Assembly: GCA_963665325.3 (NCBI GenBank)
Contig: OZ224045.1
Location: forward strand, 1,248,001-1,312,000
Length of the DNA stretch: 64,000 bases
DNA from: Alphaproteobacteria bacterium
Lineage (GTDB): Bacteria; Pseudomonadota; Alphaproteobacteria; Bin95
Direction of reading: 5' to 3'
Positions 27,527-38,058 of this stretch are shown here, one piece after another (the stretch's first letter is position 1; each line of letters opens with the position of its first letter). The translations under genes were made by a program, and so were the position numbers. The notes beneath the pieces were generated by a model. It ran no database searches. It saw only the letters and a list, made by a program, of their open reading frames with translations, and was not told where the DNA came from.

Positions 27527-28918
27527 ATGGAAGCCTCGATTGCATCCTTCGCCTATCTGGTGGCGGCGATCTGCTTCATCCTGGGTATTCGCGGCCTCGC
27601 CTCGCCCGAGACCGCGCGCCAGGGCAACTGGATCGCCATCGCCGGCATGGCCATCGCCGTCGGCGCAACCCTGCTGCGCCCGCAGATCGCCACATTCGAG
27701 CTGGTGCTGGGCGGCATCGTCATCGGCGGCGCCGTCGGCACGCTGATTGCGCTTCGGGTCAAGATCACGGACCTGCCGCAGCTGGTCGCGATCTTCAACA
27801 GCCTGGTTGGCCTCGCCGCGGTGCTGATCGCGGCGGCCGCCCTGGAGAGCCCGAGCCTCTACGGCATTCCGCTCAATGGCGGGCTGGCGACCCACAGCCT
27901 GGTCGAGATCATGGCCTCGACCGCCATCGGCGCCGTCACCTTCACCGGCTCGGTCGTCGCCTTCGCCAAGCTGCAGGGCCTGATGCGGAGCGCGCCCATC
28001 ACCTTCACCGGCCAGCGGGCGGTCAACGCCTTTGTCGGGCTGATCGTGCTGATGGCGGCGCTTGCCTTCGCGGGCTGGGGCACGGCCGGCCTGTTCTGGG
28101 CGCTCGCGCTCGCGGCGCTCATATGGGGGGTGCTGGTGGTCATCCCCATCGGCGGGGCGGACATGCCGGTCGTCATCTCGGTGCTGAACTCGGCATCGGG
28201 CTGGGCCTCCTGCGGCATCGGCTTCACGCTCGATAACCCGCTGATGATCATTACCGGGGCGCTGGTCGGCGCGTCCGGGGCGATCCTCTCCTACATCATG
28301 TGCAAGGGCATGAACCGCTCGCTCGCCCATGTGCTGCTGGGCGGCTTCGGCGGCGAGACCGAGGGGCCGACCGGGGAAGCCGCGGATCGGGGGCCGGTCA
28401 AGGCCGGCAATGCGGGAGACGCCGCTTTCATGATGCGCAATGCCGGTTCGGTGGTGGTCGTTCCCGGCTACGGCATGGCGGTGGCCCAGGCCCAGCACGC
28501 GCTCCGCGAGATGGTCGATATGCTGGAAGGGGAGGGCGTGCGGGTACGCTTTGCCATCCACCCGGTTGCAGGGCGGATGCCGGGGCACATGAATGTGCTG
28601 CTGGCGGAAGCCAATGTCCCCTATGACAAGGTGGTAGAGATGGAGGCCATCAACCGCGACTTTCCCTCCACCGACATTGCTTTCGTTATCGGCGCGAACG
28701 ATATCACCAACCCCTCGGCGCGAACCGACCCCTCCAGCCCCATCTACGGCATGCCCGTGCTGGAGGTGGACCGGGCGCGGATGGTCATGTTCGTCAAGCG
28801 GTCCATGGCGAGCGGCTATGCCGGCGTCGATAATCCACTGTTCTTCAACGAGAATACGATGATGCTGTTCGGCGACGCCAAGGCGATGTGCGAAGGCGTC
28901 ATCAAGTCCCTGGAATAG
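27527..28918 (+). CDS. pntB: NAD(P) transhydrogenase beta subunit
   Basis: IGGADMPVVIS, VPGYGMAVAQAQ, HPVAGRMPGHMNVLLAEA. Confidence 0.96.
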   Translation: MEASIASFAYLVAAICFILGIRGLASPETARQGNWIAIAGMAIAVGATLLRPQIATFELVLGGIVIGGAVGTLIALRVKITDLPQLVAIFNSLVGLAAVLIAAAALESPSLYGIPLNGGLATHSLVEIMASTAIGAVTFTGSVVAFAKLQGLMRSAPITFTGQRAVNAFVGLIVLMAALAFAGWGTAGLFWALALAALIWGVLVVIPIGGADMPVVISVLNSASGWASCGIGFTLDNPLMIITGALVGASGAILSYIMCKGMNRSLAHVLLGGFGGETEGPTGEAADRGPVKAGNAGDAAFMMRNAGSVVVVPGYGMAVAQAQHALREMVDMLEGEGVRVRFAIHPVAGRMPGHMNVLLAEANVPYDKVVEMEAINRDFPSTDIAFVIGANDITNPSARTDPSSPIYGMPVLEVDRARMVMFVKRSMASGYAGVDNPLFFNENTMMLFGDAKAMCEGVIKSLE

Positions 28919-28932
28919 AGGGCGCGCAATCC

Positions 28933-29958
28933 ATGACACGCATCGTGAAGATCGCCCAGTGGGGCGAGCCGGTGGAGGTGGACGACGACCAGACGCTGCT
29001 GGAAGCGGCGCTGGAGCAGGGCGTTCCCTATCCGCACGGTTGCCGGTCGGGCAATTGCGGGGCCTGCAAGAGCCGGCTCTATGCCGGCAGCGTGGAGATG
29101 GAGCCCTATTCCGACTTCGCGCTGACGGACGAGGAAAAGGAAAGCGGTTTCGTCCTTGCCTGCCGTTCGCACCCGCAGGAGAACCTCGAGGTCGCCTGGC
29201 TCAACGACGACGAGGAAATGGTCGCCCATCCGCTGCGCCGCTTCGAGGCGACGGTCGCGGAACGCACTGAGATGACGCACGACATCGTGCGGCTCAGGCT
29301 CGCTGTGCCGGAGGGTGTCGATTTCGCCTATACGGCCGGCCAGTACGCCTCGCTCGCCTTCGCCGGCCGCCCGGCGCGCGACTATTCCATGGCGACGGGT
29401 CCCGGCGGCGGCATGCTCGAATTCCACATCCGCGCGATGGACGACGGCGAAGTGTCCAACTTCGTCCGGGACGAGATAAACGAGGGCGACAAGGTTGCCG
29501 TCGAGGGGCCTTACGGCGCGGCTTATCTGCGCGAGGCGCATCGCGGGCCGATCCTCGCCATTGCGGGCGGATCGGGCCTGGCACCCGTCAAGGCGATCAT
29601 GGAGACGGCGCTCGCCAAAGACATGCCGCAGCCGATCTACTTCTATTTCGGGGTGCGCGGCGAATGCGACGTCTATCTCGAAGAAGAACTCGCCGGGCTG
29701 GCATCGAAGCATGAGCGGCTTCGCGTCCAGATCGTGTTGTCGGAGCCGGAGGATGAGACCGCCCGCCGCACGGGCTTCGTCCATGAGGCGGTGGCGGCCG
29801 ATTTCGACGATCTGGACGGTTGCAAGGCCTATCTCGCCGGGCCGCCGGTGATGGTCGAGGCGGCGACGGAGATGCTCGCGATCCGAGACATGCGCCCCGA
29901 GGACATCCACGCCGACGCCTTCTATACCGAGGCGGAGAAAGCCGCGCTCAATGGCTGA
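28933..29958 (+). CDS. 2Fe-2S ferredoxin-NAD(P)H reductase (oxygenase reductase type)
   Basis: CRSGNCGACK...LAC, RDYSM, AGGSGLAP, YLAGPPVMV. Confidence 0.92.
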   Translation: MTRIVKIAQWGEPVEVDDDQTLLEAALEQGVPYPHGCRSGNCGACKSRLYAGSVEMEPYSDFALTDEEKESGFVLACRSHPQENLEVAWLNDDEEMVAHPLRRFEATVAERTEMTHDIVRLRLAVPEGVDFAYTAGQYASLAFAGRPARDYSMATGPGGGMLEFHIRAMDDGEVSNFVRDEINEGDKVAVEGPYGAAYLREAHRGPILAIAGGSGLAPVKAIMETALAKDMPQPIYFYFGVRGECDVYLEEELAGLASKHERLRVQIVLSEPEDETARRTGFVHEAVAADFDDLDGCKAYLAGPPVMVEAATEMLAIRDMRPEDIHADAFYTEAEKAALNG

Positions 29959-30760
29959 ACGGCTCAGGATCGCAAGCTGGAACGTCAACTCCGTCCGGCT
30001 GCGCATACCCGGCGTCGAGCGCCTGGCGGCCGAGCGCGCGCCCGATGTGCTCTGCCTCCAGGAGGTCAAGGTCGAGAGCGACCGTTTCCCGGTCGAACCG
30101 TTCCATGCGCTCGGCTACCGCCATTCGGTGCTCTATGGCATCAAGGCGTATCACGGCGTTGCGATCTTCTCCCGCCTGCCCATCGAGGACGGCGGCTCGA
30201 AGGACTGGTGCGGGCGCTCGGACGGGCGCCACACATTCGCCACCGTGGCGGGCGTCGAGATCCACAATTTCTATGTCCCGGCCGGCGGCGACGAGCCTGA
30301 CCCGGAGATCAACGACAAGTTCGCCCACAAGCTCGACTTCCTGCGCGAGATGACCGGCTGGTGGCAGGAGCGGCGCGACGACGGCGCGCGCCGGGTGATG
30401 GTGGGCGACCTCAACATCGCGCCGCTGGAAACCGATGTCTGGTCGCACCGCCAGCTTCTCAAGGTGGTGAGCCACACGCCCGTCGAAGTCGAACACCTGG
30501 CGGCAGTGCAGGACTCGCACGAGTGGATCGACGCGGTCCGCCATTTCATCCCGCCCGAAGAGAAGCTCTACAGCTGGTGGAGCTACCGGGCGCGCGACTG
30601 GTCCGCATCCGACCGCGGCAGGCGCCTCGACCATATCTGGGCCACCCCGGCGCTCTCGGGCGCGCTGGCCGGCGCAGAAGTGCTCCGCGAGGCACGCGGC
30701 TGGGAGCGCCCGTCGGACCATGCGCCGGTCATCGCCGATTTCGATTTGTCCGGCGTCTGA
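29951..30760 (+). CDS. xth: Exodeoxyribonuclease III
   Basis: SWNVNS, LQEVK, GDLNIAP, YSWWSYR, RLDH, SDHAP. Confidence 0.94.
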   Translation: MAERLRIASWNVNSVRLRIPGVERLAAERAPDVLCLQEVKVESDRFPVEPFHALGYRHSVLYGIKAYHGVAIFSRLPIEDGGSKDWCGRSDGRHTFATVAGVEIHNFYVPAGGDEPDPEINDKFAHKLDFLREMTGWWQERRDDGARRVMVGDLNIAPLETDVWSHRQLLKVVSHTPVEVEHLAAVQDSHEWIDAVRHFIPPEEKLYSWWSYRARDWSASDRGRRLDHIWATPALSGALAGAEVLREARGWERPSDHAPVIADFDLSGV

Positions 30761-30786
30761 ACGGCGCCGCCGGCGGGCCGCCCCCG

Positions 30787-31755
30787 ATGTGGAAGCTTCT
30801 GCACGCGTTGGTGCCGGAGACGGCGCACAGGGCTGCAATCCGGCTGCTCGCGGTTTCGCCCGTGCGCCGCGCACCGCCTCAGCTGCCGGTGCGCGCTGCC
30901 GGTATCGAAGTCCCCAACCCGGTCGGACTCGCGCCCGGTTTCGACAAGCATGGCGAGGCGATCGCCGGCGCGCTCGGCCTCGGCTTCGGCTTCATCGAGA
31001 TCGGCGCGGTCACGCCCCAGCCGCAGCCGGGTAACCACAAGCCGAGGCTGTTCCGCCTCACGCCCGATCGCGCCGTTATCAACCGCATGGGCTTCAACAG
31101 CGAGGGTGCGGATGCGCTTGCCCGCCGTCTGGCGCGCTACCGCGAACGGGGCGGGCGGGGGGTGGTCGGCGTCAACCTGGCGAAGAACGCGGCGACCGTG
31201 GACGCCGCCGGCGACTATGAGGCCGTGGCGCGCACGGTCGCGGGTCTCGCGGATTTCGTTACCGTCAATGTCTCTTCCCCCAACACGCCTGGCCTGCGCG
31301 AATTGCAGGAGGAAAGCGAGCTGCGCCGCATCGTGGACCGGGTGCGCGAGGCGCTGCCCGACGGAACCGCGCTCTGGGTCAAGCTTTCGCCCGACCTCGC
31401 CAAGGCGGAGCGCACGGCAGTGGGCGAGGCGCTGGCCACCATGCCGGTCGAGGGCGTCGTCGTGGGCAACACGACCGTTTCCAGGCCGCACGGCCTCCGC
31501 TCGTCCGAGCGCACCCAGCCGGGCGGTCTCAGCGGCCGGCCGCTCAGGTCGCTCTCCACCGAGGTGCTGCGCGATGTTCGGGAAGCAAGCGGCGGCAAGG
31601 TCGACCTGATCGGCGCGGGCGGCATCGAGAGCCCGGCCGATGTGCGCGAGAAGCTGGAGGCCGGCGCTTCGCTGGTGCAGCTCTACACGGCGATGGTCTA
31701 TTACGGGCCGGGCCTTCCAAGGCGGATTGCCCAGGGCCTAGCCGATGGCGAATAG
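30787..31755 (+). CDS. pyrD: Quinone-dependent dihydroorotate dehydrogenase
   Basis: NPVGLAPGFDK, INRMGFN, NVSSPNTPGLR, KLSPD, GGLSG. Confidence 0.93.
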   Translation: MWKLLHALVPETAHRAAIRLLAVSPVRRAPPQLPVRAAGIEVPNPVGLAPGFDKHGEAIAGALGLGFGFIEIGAVTPQPQPGNHKPRLFRLTPDRAVINRMGFNSEGADALARRLARYRERGGRGVVGVNLAKNAATVDAAGDYEAVARTVAGLADFVTVNVSSPNTPGLRELQEESELRRIVDRVREALPDGTALWVKLSPDLAKAERTAVGEALATMPVEGVVVGNTTVSRPHGLRSSERTQPGGLSGRPLRSLSTEVLRDVREASGGKVDLIGAGGIESPADVREKLEAGASLVQLYTAMVYYGPGLPRRIAQGLADGE

Positions 31756-31814
31756 TCCCCACCCCATTCCGGGCTTCCCGGCCGACAGCCCGGGACCGAG
31801 CGAGGGCATACCCG

Positions 31815-32681
31815 ATGAGCGCCACTGAAATCGTCCCCGGCCTCGCGCCGCTGGCGGATCGCTACGACACTTACCTCGTCGATCTCTGGGGCTGCCTGCA
31901 CGATGGCGTGACGCCCTTCCCGGCGGCGCTCGACGCGCTGGAGCGGCTGCGTGCCGGCGGCGGCAAGCGGGTCTGTTTCCTTTCCAACGGCCCGCGCCGG
32001 ATCGCCTCGCTCATCCGCCGCCTCGACGAGATGGGCGTGGCGCGCAGCCTTTACGATGCGGTCATGTCTTCGGGCGAGTCGGCCTGGGCCGCTCTCAAGC
32101 ACCGCGACGACGCCTGGCACAAGCGGCTCGGCCGGTGCTGCCTGCATGTCGGGCCGGAGCGCGACAACGATGTGCGCGAAGGCAACGGGCTGGACATCGT
32201 GGCGCAGGTCGAGGAGGCCGACTTCATCCTCTGTACCGGCATCGACGGCTGGGACGAGACCGTGGAGGATTACGAGCCGCTGCTGGCGGCGGCCGCGGCG
32301 CGCGCGCTCCCGATGGTCTGCGCCAATCCGGACCTCGTGGTGCATATCGGCGACAGGCTCTCGCTCTGCGCGGGCTCGCTTGCCGTTCGCTATGTCGAAC
32401 TCGGCGGCGACGTTTCCTGGCACGGGAAGCCGGACGGCGCAGTGTTCGCCCGCGCGATGGCGGCTCTCGGCTGTCCCGACGAAGGGCGCGCGCTGATGAT
32501 CGGCGACGGGCTCAGGACGGACGTCGCCGGCGGCAACGGCTTCGGCATCGACACGCTGTTCCTCTCGGCCGGCATCCATGCGGATGAGGTCGGCTCGCCG
32601 CCCGACCCGGCGCGACTGGCGGCGCGCTCCGCCGAACTCGGCGTCCGCCCGACTTGGGCTACGGAGGCGCTTTGCTGGTAG
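31815..32681 (+). CDS. HAD-IIA hydrolase (TIGR01459-type)
   Basis: DLWGCLHDG, LSN, CANPD, GKP, IGDGLRTD. Confidence 0.9.
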   Translation: MSATEIVPGLAPLADRYDTYLVDLWGCLHDGVTPFPAALDALERLRAGGGKRVCFLSNGPRRIASLIRRLDEMGVARSLYDAVMSSGESAWAALKHRDDAWHKRLGRCCLHVGPERDNDVREGNGLDIVAQVEEADFILCTGIDGWDETVEDYEPLLAAAAARALPMVCANPDLVVHIGDRLSLCAGSLAVRYVELGGDVSWHGKPDGAVFARAMAALGCPDEGRALMIGDGLRTDVAGGNGFGIDTLFLSAGIHADEVGSPPDPARLAARSAELGVRPTWATEALCW

Positions 32682-32694
32682 GAAGGCGCTTCGA

Positions 32695-33486
32695 ATGAGC
32701 GTGAGAGTCGAAAAGGACGGCGCCGTCTGGACCGTGATCCACTCCCGGCCCGAGGCGCGCAACGCAATGGATCCGGAAAGCGCGGTGGCGCTTTACGATG
32801 CTTTCCGGGCCTTCGAGGCGGATGACAGCGCGAGCGTGGCGGTGTTCTGGGGCGAGGGCGGGGCTTTCTGCGCAGGCTGGGACCTGAAGCACGCCGCCGC
32901 GCTCTCCGGCGCCGAGGCCCTTGACCCGTTCGATTTTCCCGACGAGGGCGAGCCGCCCATGGCTGCGATGGGGCCGAGCCGTCTGGAGCTGTCCAAACCG
33001 GTCATCGCCGCGGTGGCGGGGCCGGCGGTGGCGGGCGGCATGGAACTGGCGCTGTGGTGCGATATCCGGGTGATGGAAGAGACCGCCTTCATGGGTGTCT
33101 ATTGCCGCCGCTGGGGCGTTCCCCTGATCGATGGCGGCACGGTGCGTCTGCCGCGCCTGGTGGGTGAGGGCCGGGCGATGGACCTGGTCCTGACCGGGCG
33201 TCGGGTGGATGCGGACGAGGCCCTTGCTACCGGCCTCTGCGAGTATGTGGTGCCCGAAGGCGAGGCCCGGGAAAAGGCCGAGGCGCTGGCCCGTGACATC
33301 GCCCGCTTCCCGCAAAGCTGCATGAAGGCCGACCGGCGGTCTGTCCGCGCGCAGCACGGGTTGAGCGAGCGTGACGCCTTGCGGCAGGAATGGCGGGGGA
33401 GCAAGGCCGAAGTCACGGGGGGCATCGAGGGCGCGGCAAGATTTGCGGGCGGAAAGGGGCGAGGGGGAGATTTCAGCGATGTGTGA
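32695..33486 (+). CDS. Enoyl-CoA hydratase/crotonase family protein
   Basis: RPEARNA, FCAGWDL, AGGMELALWCD, DGGTVRLPRLVG. Confidence 0.93.
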   Translation: MSVRVEKDGAVWTVIHSRPEARNAMDPESAVALYDAFRAFEADDSASVAVFWGEGGAFCAGWDLKHAAALSGAEALDPFDFPDEGEPPMAAMGPSRLELSKPVIAAVAGPAVAGGMELALWCDIRVMEETAFMGVYCRRWGVPLIDGGTVRLPRLVGEGRAMDLVLTGRRVDADEALATGLCEYVVPEGEAREKAEALARDIARFPQSCMKADRRSVRAQHGLSERDALRQEWRGSKAEVTGGIEGAARFAGGKGRGGDFSDV

Positions 33487-33582
33487 CCGGTAGCCCTTCA
33501 GCCCATCGGGTGTGGCTCGCCGTGCGAACGGCCGGCGGCTATCTGCTGGCCGCCGGTCGCTTCGCCCGCATGGAAGGTGGCG

Positions 33583-33954
33583 CTACTCGTCCGCGCGGAA
33601 ATTGAGCTCGATCAGGACCTCGTTCGGGTCGCGGACGAAGATCTGCCGGAGCTTGCCGCCCGGCACCAGCCGGGTCTCGTGCTCATAGCCCTTCTCGCCC
33701 AGGAAGGCGGCGTAGCGGTCGAAGCCTTCGGCTGCGAAAGCCACATGGTCGATGCAGCCGGAGCCGGAGGTTTCCTGATCGTCCACGCCGATCAGGTGGA
33801 CCACCGCTTCCGGGCCGCAATAGAGCCACGCGCCGGGAAAATCGAAATTCGGCCGGTCGCCGTTCTCGAAGCCCAGAATGTCCTCGTAGAACGCGACCGT
33901 CTCGTCGAGCTTGTCCGTCATGATGTTGACGTGCTGGAGCATGGTGAGCGTCAT
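33583..33954 (-). CDS. VOC/glyoxalase family protein
   Basis: HVNI...FYEDILG, HVAF, QIFVRDPN..IEL. Confidence 0.9.
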   Translation of the reverse strand: MTLTMLQHVNIMTDKLDETVAFYEDILGFENGDRPNFDFPGAWLYCGPEAVVHLIGVDDQETSGSGCIDHVAFAAEGFDRYAAFLGEKGYEHETRLVPGGKLRQIFVRDPNEVLIELNFRADE

Positions 33955-33968
33955 GGGGGCTGCCTCCT

Positions 33969-35483
33969 TCAGGCTTGGCTAGGCAGGTTGGAAGGGATGT
34001 CGGGGTCGAGAGGATAGATCGGGCGGCGCAGCTTCTTCCAGGGAAACAGGCTGTAGTCCGAGGTCGTCGTTCCCGGCCCGGCGAGCATCACGATCTCGCG
34101 CGCCATCGGCTCGAACCCGGCCCGGAAATGCTGGCGCGACTTGATGAGGACATAGCGCTTGGACGTCGGGTCGATGCCGCAATGGGTGAAGCAGCCGGTA
34201 TCGAACGGCTCGTAGCGGTCCTCGGAAACGACGACCTCGGCCGCGCCCGTGTCCAGCACGACGGTGCGTCCCAGGGACAGCCGCACGCCGGTGAACATCG
34301 GCCCGGTGACGGTAAACTCGCCGTCGGTGATCCGCCGTACCCGCCCGCGGAGGCGGAGCGGTTCGCCCTTCAGCTCCATGGCCGGCATGTCGGTCTTGCC
34401 ACCGACCTCGACCTCGACCTCGGCCCCGACGCCGGCGGCGATCAGCTCCGCCACGGCCTCCGGGTCCGCGAAGGGTCCGGCAACCATGTCCGTCAGGCCC
34501 TGCTGCAGGCATTCGCGTAAGGCGGCCATGACATCCTGGTTGCCGCCGGACCCGGTATTGTCGCCGTGATCGACCAGCAGCACGGGGCCGTCCCCGTCTT
34601 TCATCGCAGCCGCGCGGGACACCGAGTCCGCCATCGGCTCGATCTCGAACAGGAAATCGGCGCGCCGGTCCCAGGCCTCGCCCATCAGGTCGAGCGCCAG
34701 GCGTTCCGCCCTGTCCCGCGGCCCGTGCACCACGGCCGAGATGCCGACATGCTCGATATCGGCGAGGGGGAAGCAGCCGAACACCGAGGCCAGCAGGACC
34801 TCCTCGCTCTCCTCGGCGGCGCGGGCGCGGTCCATGATCGCCTGCATGGGCGGGCGCGAGGGCGAATGCACGTTCATGTGCGGCAGGAGCGGCAGCGAAT
34901 GCCAGGCGGTCGCCGGCGCCGCGCCGTTCATTGTCCCGAGCAGCGCTTCGCCGGCCCGCATGCCGGTCTCGTACATGTCGATATGCGGGTAGGTGCGGTA
35001 GCCGGCCAGCACCGTCGGCAGCAGGGCCAGGTCGCGCGTCAGGTTGGTGTGGAAGTCGAGCGCGACGGCTACCGGCAGGTCCGGCGCCTCGGCCCGGATC
35101 CGGCGCAGCAGCTCGCCCTCGCCGTCGTCGAAGCCCTCTGTCACCATCGCGCCGTGGAGGTCGAGGAAGAGCGCGTCGCAGCCTTCGCGGACCGCTTCCA
35201 GAATGGCCTCGGACACGAGGTCGAGAATGTCATCGGGCGCCGGCGCGCTCGGGTGCGCGTTCGCCGCGACCGGCACGGCGAGCGCCGCGCCCTCGCGTTC
35301 GGCGATGTCGATGAAGGCTGCGAGCGGGTTGTTGGTGCTGCGATAGACGCGCACCGCCTCTTCGCCCCGCGCCGGCCCGTCGGTCGATCCCACCCGCCCG
35401 AAGGCCGCGACGGGCGTGGGAACCGGCGAGAAGCTGTTGGTCTCATGGCGCATCAGCGCCGCAACGAAGCGTTTTCGATTCAT
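33969..35483 (-). CDS. M81 family metallopeptidase (MlrC-like)
   Basis: HETNSFSP, LDLHGAM, DFHTN, YRTYPHID, DNTGSGG, IKSRQHFRA. Confidence 0.92.
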   Translation of the reverse strand: MNRKRFVAALMRHETNSFSPVPTPVAAFGRVGSTDGPARGEEAVRVYRSTNNPLAAFIDIAEREGAALAVPVAANAHPSAPAPDDILDLVSEAILEAVREGCDALFLDLHGAMVTEGFDDGEGELLRRIRAEAPDLPVAVALDFHTNLTRDLALLPTVLAGYRTYPHIDMYETGMRAGEALLGTMNGAAPATAWHSLPLLPHMNVHSPSRPPMQAIMDRARAAEESEEVLLASVFGCFPLADIEHVGISAVVHGPRDRAERLALDLMGEAWDRRADFLFEIEPMADSVSRAAAMKDGDGPVLLVDHGDNTGSGGNQDVMAALRECLQQGLTDMVAGPFADPEAVAELIAAGVGAEVEVEVGGKTDMPAMELKGEPLRLRGRVRRITDGEFTVTGPMFTGVRLSLGRTVVLDTGAAEVVVSEDRYEPFDTGCFTHCGIDPTSKRYVLIKSRQHFRAGFEPMAREIVMLAGPGTTTSDYSLFPWKKLRRPIYPLDPDIPSNLPSQA

Positions 35484-35638
35484 GGGGCGCCATTCTGTCG
35501 GAACCGGCCCGGCATGGCAAAGCGCCGGACGGCATGCACCGGACGCATATCGCGGCCCCGGGCCCGGCTTCGGACAGGTCGGAGACCGGCCAGCCCGGAA
35601 GATTGTTCTCTTTTTCAGGGAAAAATATCCCGAACAGA

Positions 35639-35666
35639 TTGACATATGGAAATCCTGTGGCATTAT
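35639..35666 (+). promoter_or_regulatory. Putative sigma70 promoter
   Basis: TTGACA-N16-CATTAT with TG extension and AT-rich upstream tract; no clear downstream gene. Confidence 0.35.
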
Positions 35667-36013
35667 GGGCCGGAGGAAGGAAGCGGCGTCCGGAGGCCGC
35701 TTTCCGCCACGCCGGAGCCGGATCAAAACCACCTGAGAAACGGACAGGAGAGGTGCGCGCTATGCCTCGCGCGCGCAATCAGGCGCGCGAACCGCGCCGG
35801 CGCCGACGCCCGCCCCCGCCCACGCGCGTTACGCGCGAAACAGGGACCCGTTTGCCGGGCGAGCCGGCGGCGGCGCAAACGCCGCCATTCGTAATGTTCG
35901 CCGCGTTCCGCGCGGCGATTGGAACAAAACGGATACGGAGAACCGATGAGCGATATGCCCACCCTTGCCGCAAGAGGCCCCGGATCGCGGTCCGGGGCGA
36001 CGAATTCCCCCAG

Positions 36014-36050
36014 CGTCATTCCGGCCGGAGCGCAGCGGAGAGCCGGGACC
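36014..36050. repeat. REP-like palindrome
   Basis: GTCATTCCGGCC-GGAGCGCAGCGGA-GAGCCGGGACC resembles alphaproteobacterial extragenic palindromes. Confidence 0.5.
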
Positions 36051-36086
36051 TCGTGCGGCTCAGCCGGAAACCCCTTTGCGGCGGAC

Positions 36087-36134
36087 CATGACAAAACATG
36101 ACATTTCCGAAGGGCCTCATGACAAAACATGACA
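36087..36134. repeat. Direct repeat CATGACAAAACATGACA x2 (four CATGACA units)
   Basis: 36087-36103 and 36118-36134. Confidence 0.85.
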
Positions 36135-36140
36135 CTTCAT

Positions 36141-36445
36141 CACTAGTGTCCGGTTGAGGCGGAGGATTATTGAGAAAAGGTATTTGGTATCAGGCTGTTA
36201 TGGAAGATTTCAGGTGGTGTCGATTTTTTTTGCCGGCCCGGCGGCTGCGTCCAGGGGCATTCGGACTGTGAGTTCCGGGACATGGTTCATGCTGGTCGTT
36301 TCCTGCGGAGGAGCGGCCATGTCGGGACGAACCCTTTTTGCTCAGACGATGGATTTCCTGCCCTGGACCACATTCGAGCGGATTGTGGTCCGTTATCGGG
36401 GGAACCACCGTGTTCGGACCTTGCGGTGTGCGGAGCAGTATCGGG
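36141..36445 (+). pseudogene. IS4-family (DUF4372-type) element left end and truncated transposase
   Basis: CACTAGTGTCCGGT end-like sequence; SGRTLFAQTMDFLPWTTFERIVVRYRGNHRVRTLRCAEQYR, cut by IS21 at 36446. Confidence 0.75.
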
Positions 36446-36555
36446 TGTTAACGGCGGCGGAATAATGCTCCACAGGAAGCGCCCGGTTGGTCGGGTCGCG
36501 GCGGCGCAAAATTGCGCCAGTGATGCCCCCTTGTCCGTTTGGTCGGGGGCGGGGG

Positions 36556-38058
36556 ATGTATGGGGTGGAGCTTTACGCAGCGGTACGACTTGCGGTTGTC
36601 GAGGAGGGTCTGAGCCATCATGAGGCCGGTCGGCGGTTCGGGATCGACCGTCGCACGGTGAAGAAGATGCTGAGCTATTCGGCGCCGCCGGGCTATCGGC
36701 GCCGGAAGCCGGTGCGTCGTCCGAAGCTGGACGGGTTCACCGGGATCGTCGATGCGATCCTGGAGGGGGACCGGGCGCCGGACGTGCCGGTCAAGCAGCG
36801 GCACACGGCGCACCGGATTTTCGAACGGCTGCGTGACGAGCACGGGTTCACGGGCGGCTACACCATCGTGAAGGACTATGTGCGCTCGCGGCGGCAGTCG
36901 TCGCGCGAGGCCTTCGTGCCGCTGCATCATCCGCCGGGCCATGCGCAGGTCGACTTCGGCGAGGCGGTGGTCGAGGTCGGCGGGCGGCGCGAGAAGGTGG
37001 CTGTCTTCTGCCTGATCCTGCCGCATAGCGACCTGTGGTTCGTGAAGGCCTATCCGAAGGAGACGACGGAGGCGTTCCTGGACGGCCATGTCAGCGCCTT
37101 CGCCTTCCTCGGCGGGGTTCCGCTTTCGGTGCTTTACGACAACACGACCCTGGCAGTGGCGCGGATCCTGGGCGACGGCACGCGTCAGCGCACGCGGGCG
37201 TTCACGCCTCTGCAGTCGCACTACCTGTTCCGCGACCGCTTCGGTCGTCCCGGCAAGGGCAACGACAAGGGCAAGGTGGAGGCGCTGGTGAAGACGGCGC
37301 GGCGCAAGTTCATGGTGCCGATCCCAAAGGTGCCCGATCTGGATGTTCTGAACGAGCGGCTTCTGGCGCGCTGCCTGGAGCGTCTCGACGCGCTGCAGCA
37401 GAGCGCGCAGGCGGCGGCGTTGCTCGCCGATCTCGACACCCTGCGCGATCTTCCGGGCGCGCCCTTCGAGGCGTGCGAGCATGTGCCGGGCCGCGTGTCC
37501 TCGACGGCGCTGGTGCGCTACCGGTCGGTGGACTACTCGGCCCCGGCGGTGCACGCCCACAAGAAGGTGACGATCAAGGGCTATGTCGACCGGGTCGAGA
37601 TCGCGCTCGGCGCCGGGATCGTCGCCCGCCACCGGCGTTCCTATGTCCGCGGCGACGTCGTTTACGACCCGCTGCACTATCTCTCGCTGCTGGAGAAGAA
37701 GCCGGGGGCGCTGGACCAGGCGGCGCCGTTGCGCGGCTGGAAGCTCGATCCAGCCTTCGACGCGTTGCGCCGCCTGCTCGAGGCGCGCTTCGGGCCGCGC
37801 GGCAAGCGGGACTACATCCAGACCCTGCGCCTGCTGGAGGACTTTCCGGAGCGCCAGGTGACGGCCGCGGTGCGGGACGCGGTGGCGCGCCGGCTGGTCG
37901 GCTTCGATGCCGTCAAGCACCTGCTGCTGGCGCGCATCGAGAAGCGTCCGGCCCATCTCGACCTGACGCGCTACCCGCACCTGCCGCAGCCCCTCGTCGC
38001 CGCCACCCGGGCCGGCGACTATGCCTCCCTGCTGGCCGGAGGGGGCAGTCGTGGCTGA
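36556..38058 (+). CDS. istA: IS21 transposase IstA
   Basis: QRHTAHRIFERL, AQVDFG, YDNT, KGKVE. Confidence 0.94.
   Translation: MYGVELYAAVRLAVVEEGLSHHEAGRRFGIDRRTVKKMLSYSAPPGYRRRKPVRRPKLDGFTGIVDAILEGDRAPDVPVKQRHTAHRIFERLRDEHGFTGGYTIVKDYVRSRRQSSREAFVPLHHPPGHAQVDFGEAVVEVGGRREKVAVFCLILPHSDLWFVKAYPKETTEAFLDGHVSAFAFLGGVPLSVLYDNTTLAVARILGDGTRQRTRAFTPLQSHYLFRDRFGRPGKGNDKGKVEALVKTARRKFMVPIPKVPDLDVLNERLLARCLERLDALQQSAQAAALLADLDTLRDLPGAPFEACEHVPGRVSSTALVRYRSVDYSAPAVHAHKKVTIKGYVDRVEIALGAGIVARHRRSYVRGDVVYDPLHYLSLLEKKPGALDQAAPLRGWKLDPAFDALRRLLEARFGPRGKRDYIQTLRLLEDFPERQVTAAVRDAVARRLVGFDAVKHLLLARIEKRPAHLDLTRYPHLPQPLVAATRAGDYASLLAGGGSRG

Noticed and set aside
23895-35483. Core block as a novel pathway
   Set aside because: Ordinary housekeeping and catabolic genes with no unusual architecture
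36087-36134. CRISPR-like repeat
   Set aside because: Only two 17-bp units with a 14-bp spacer; no cas genes
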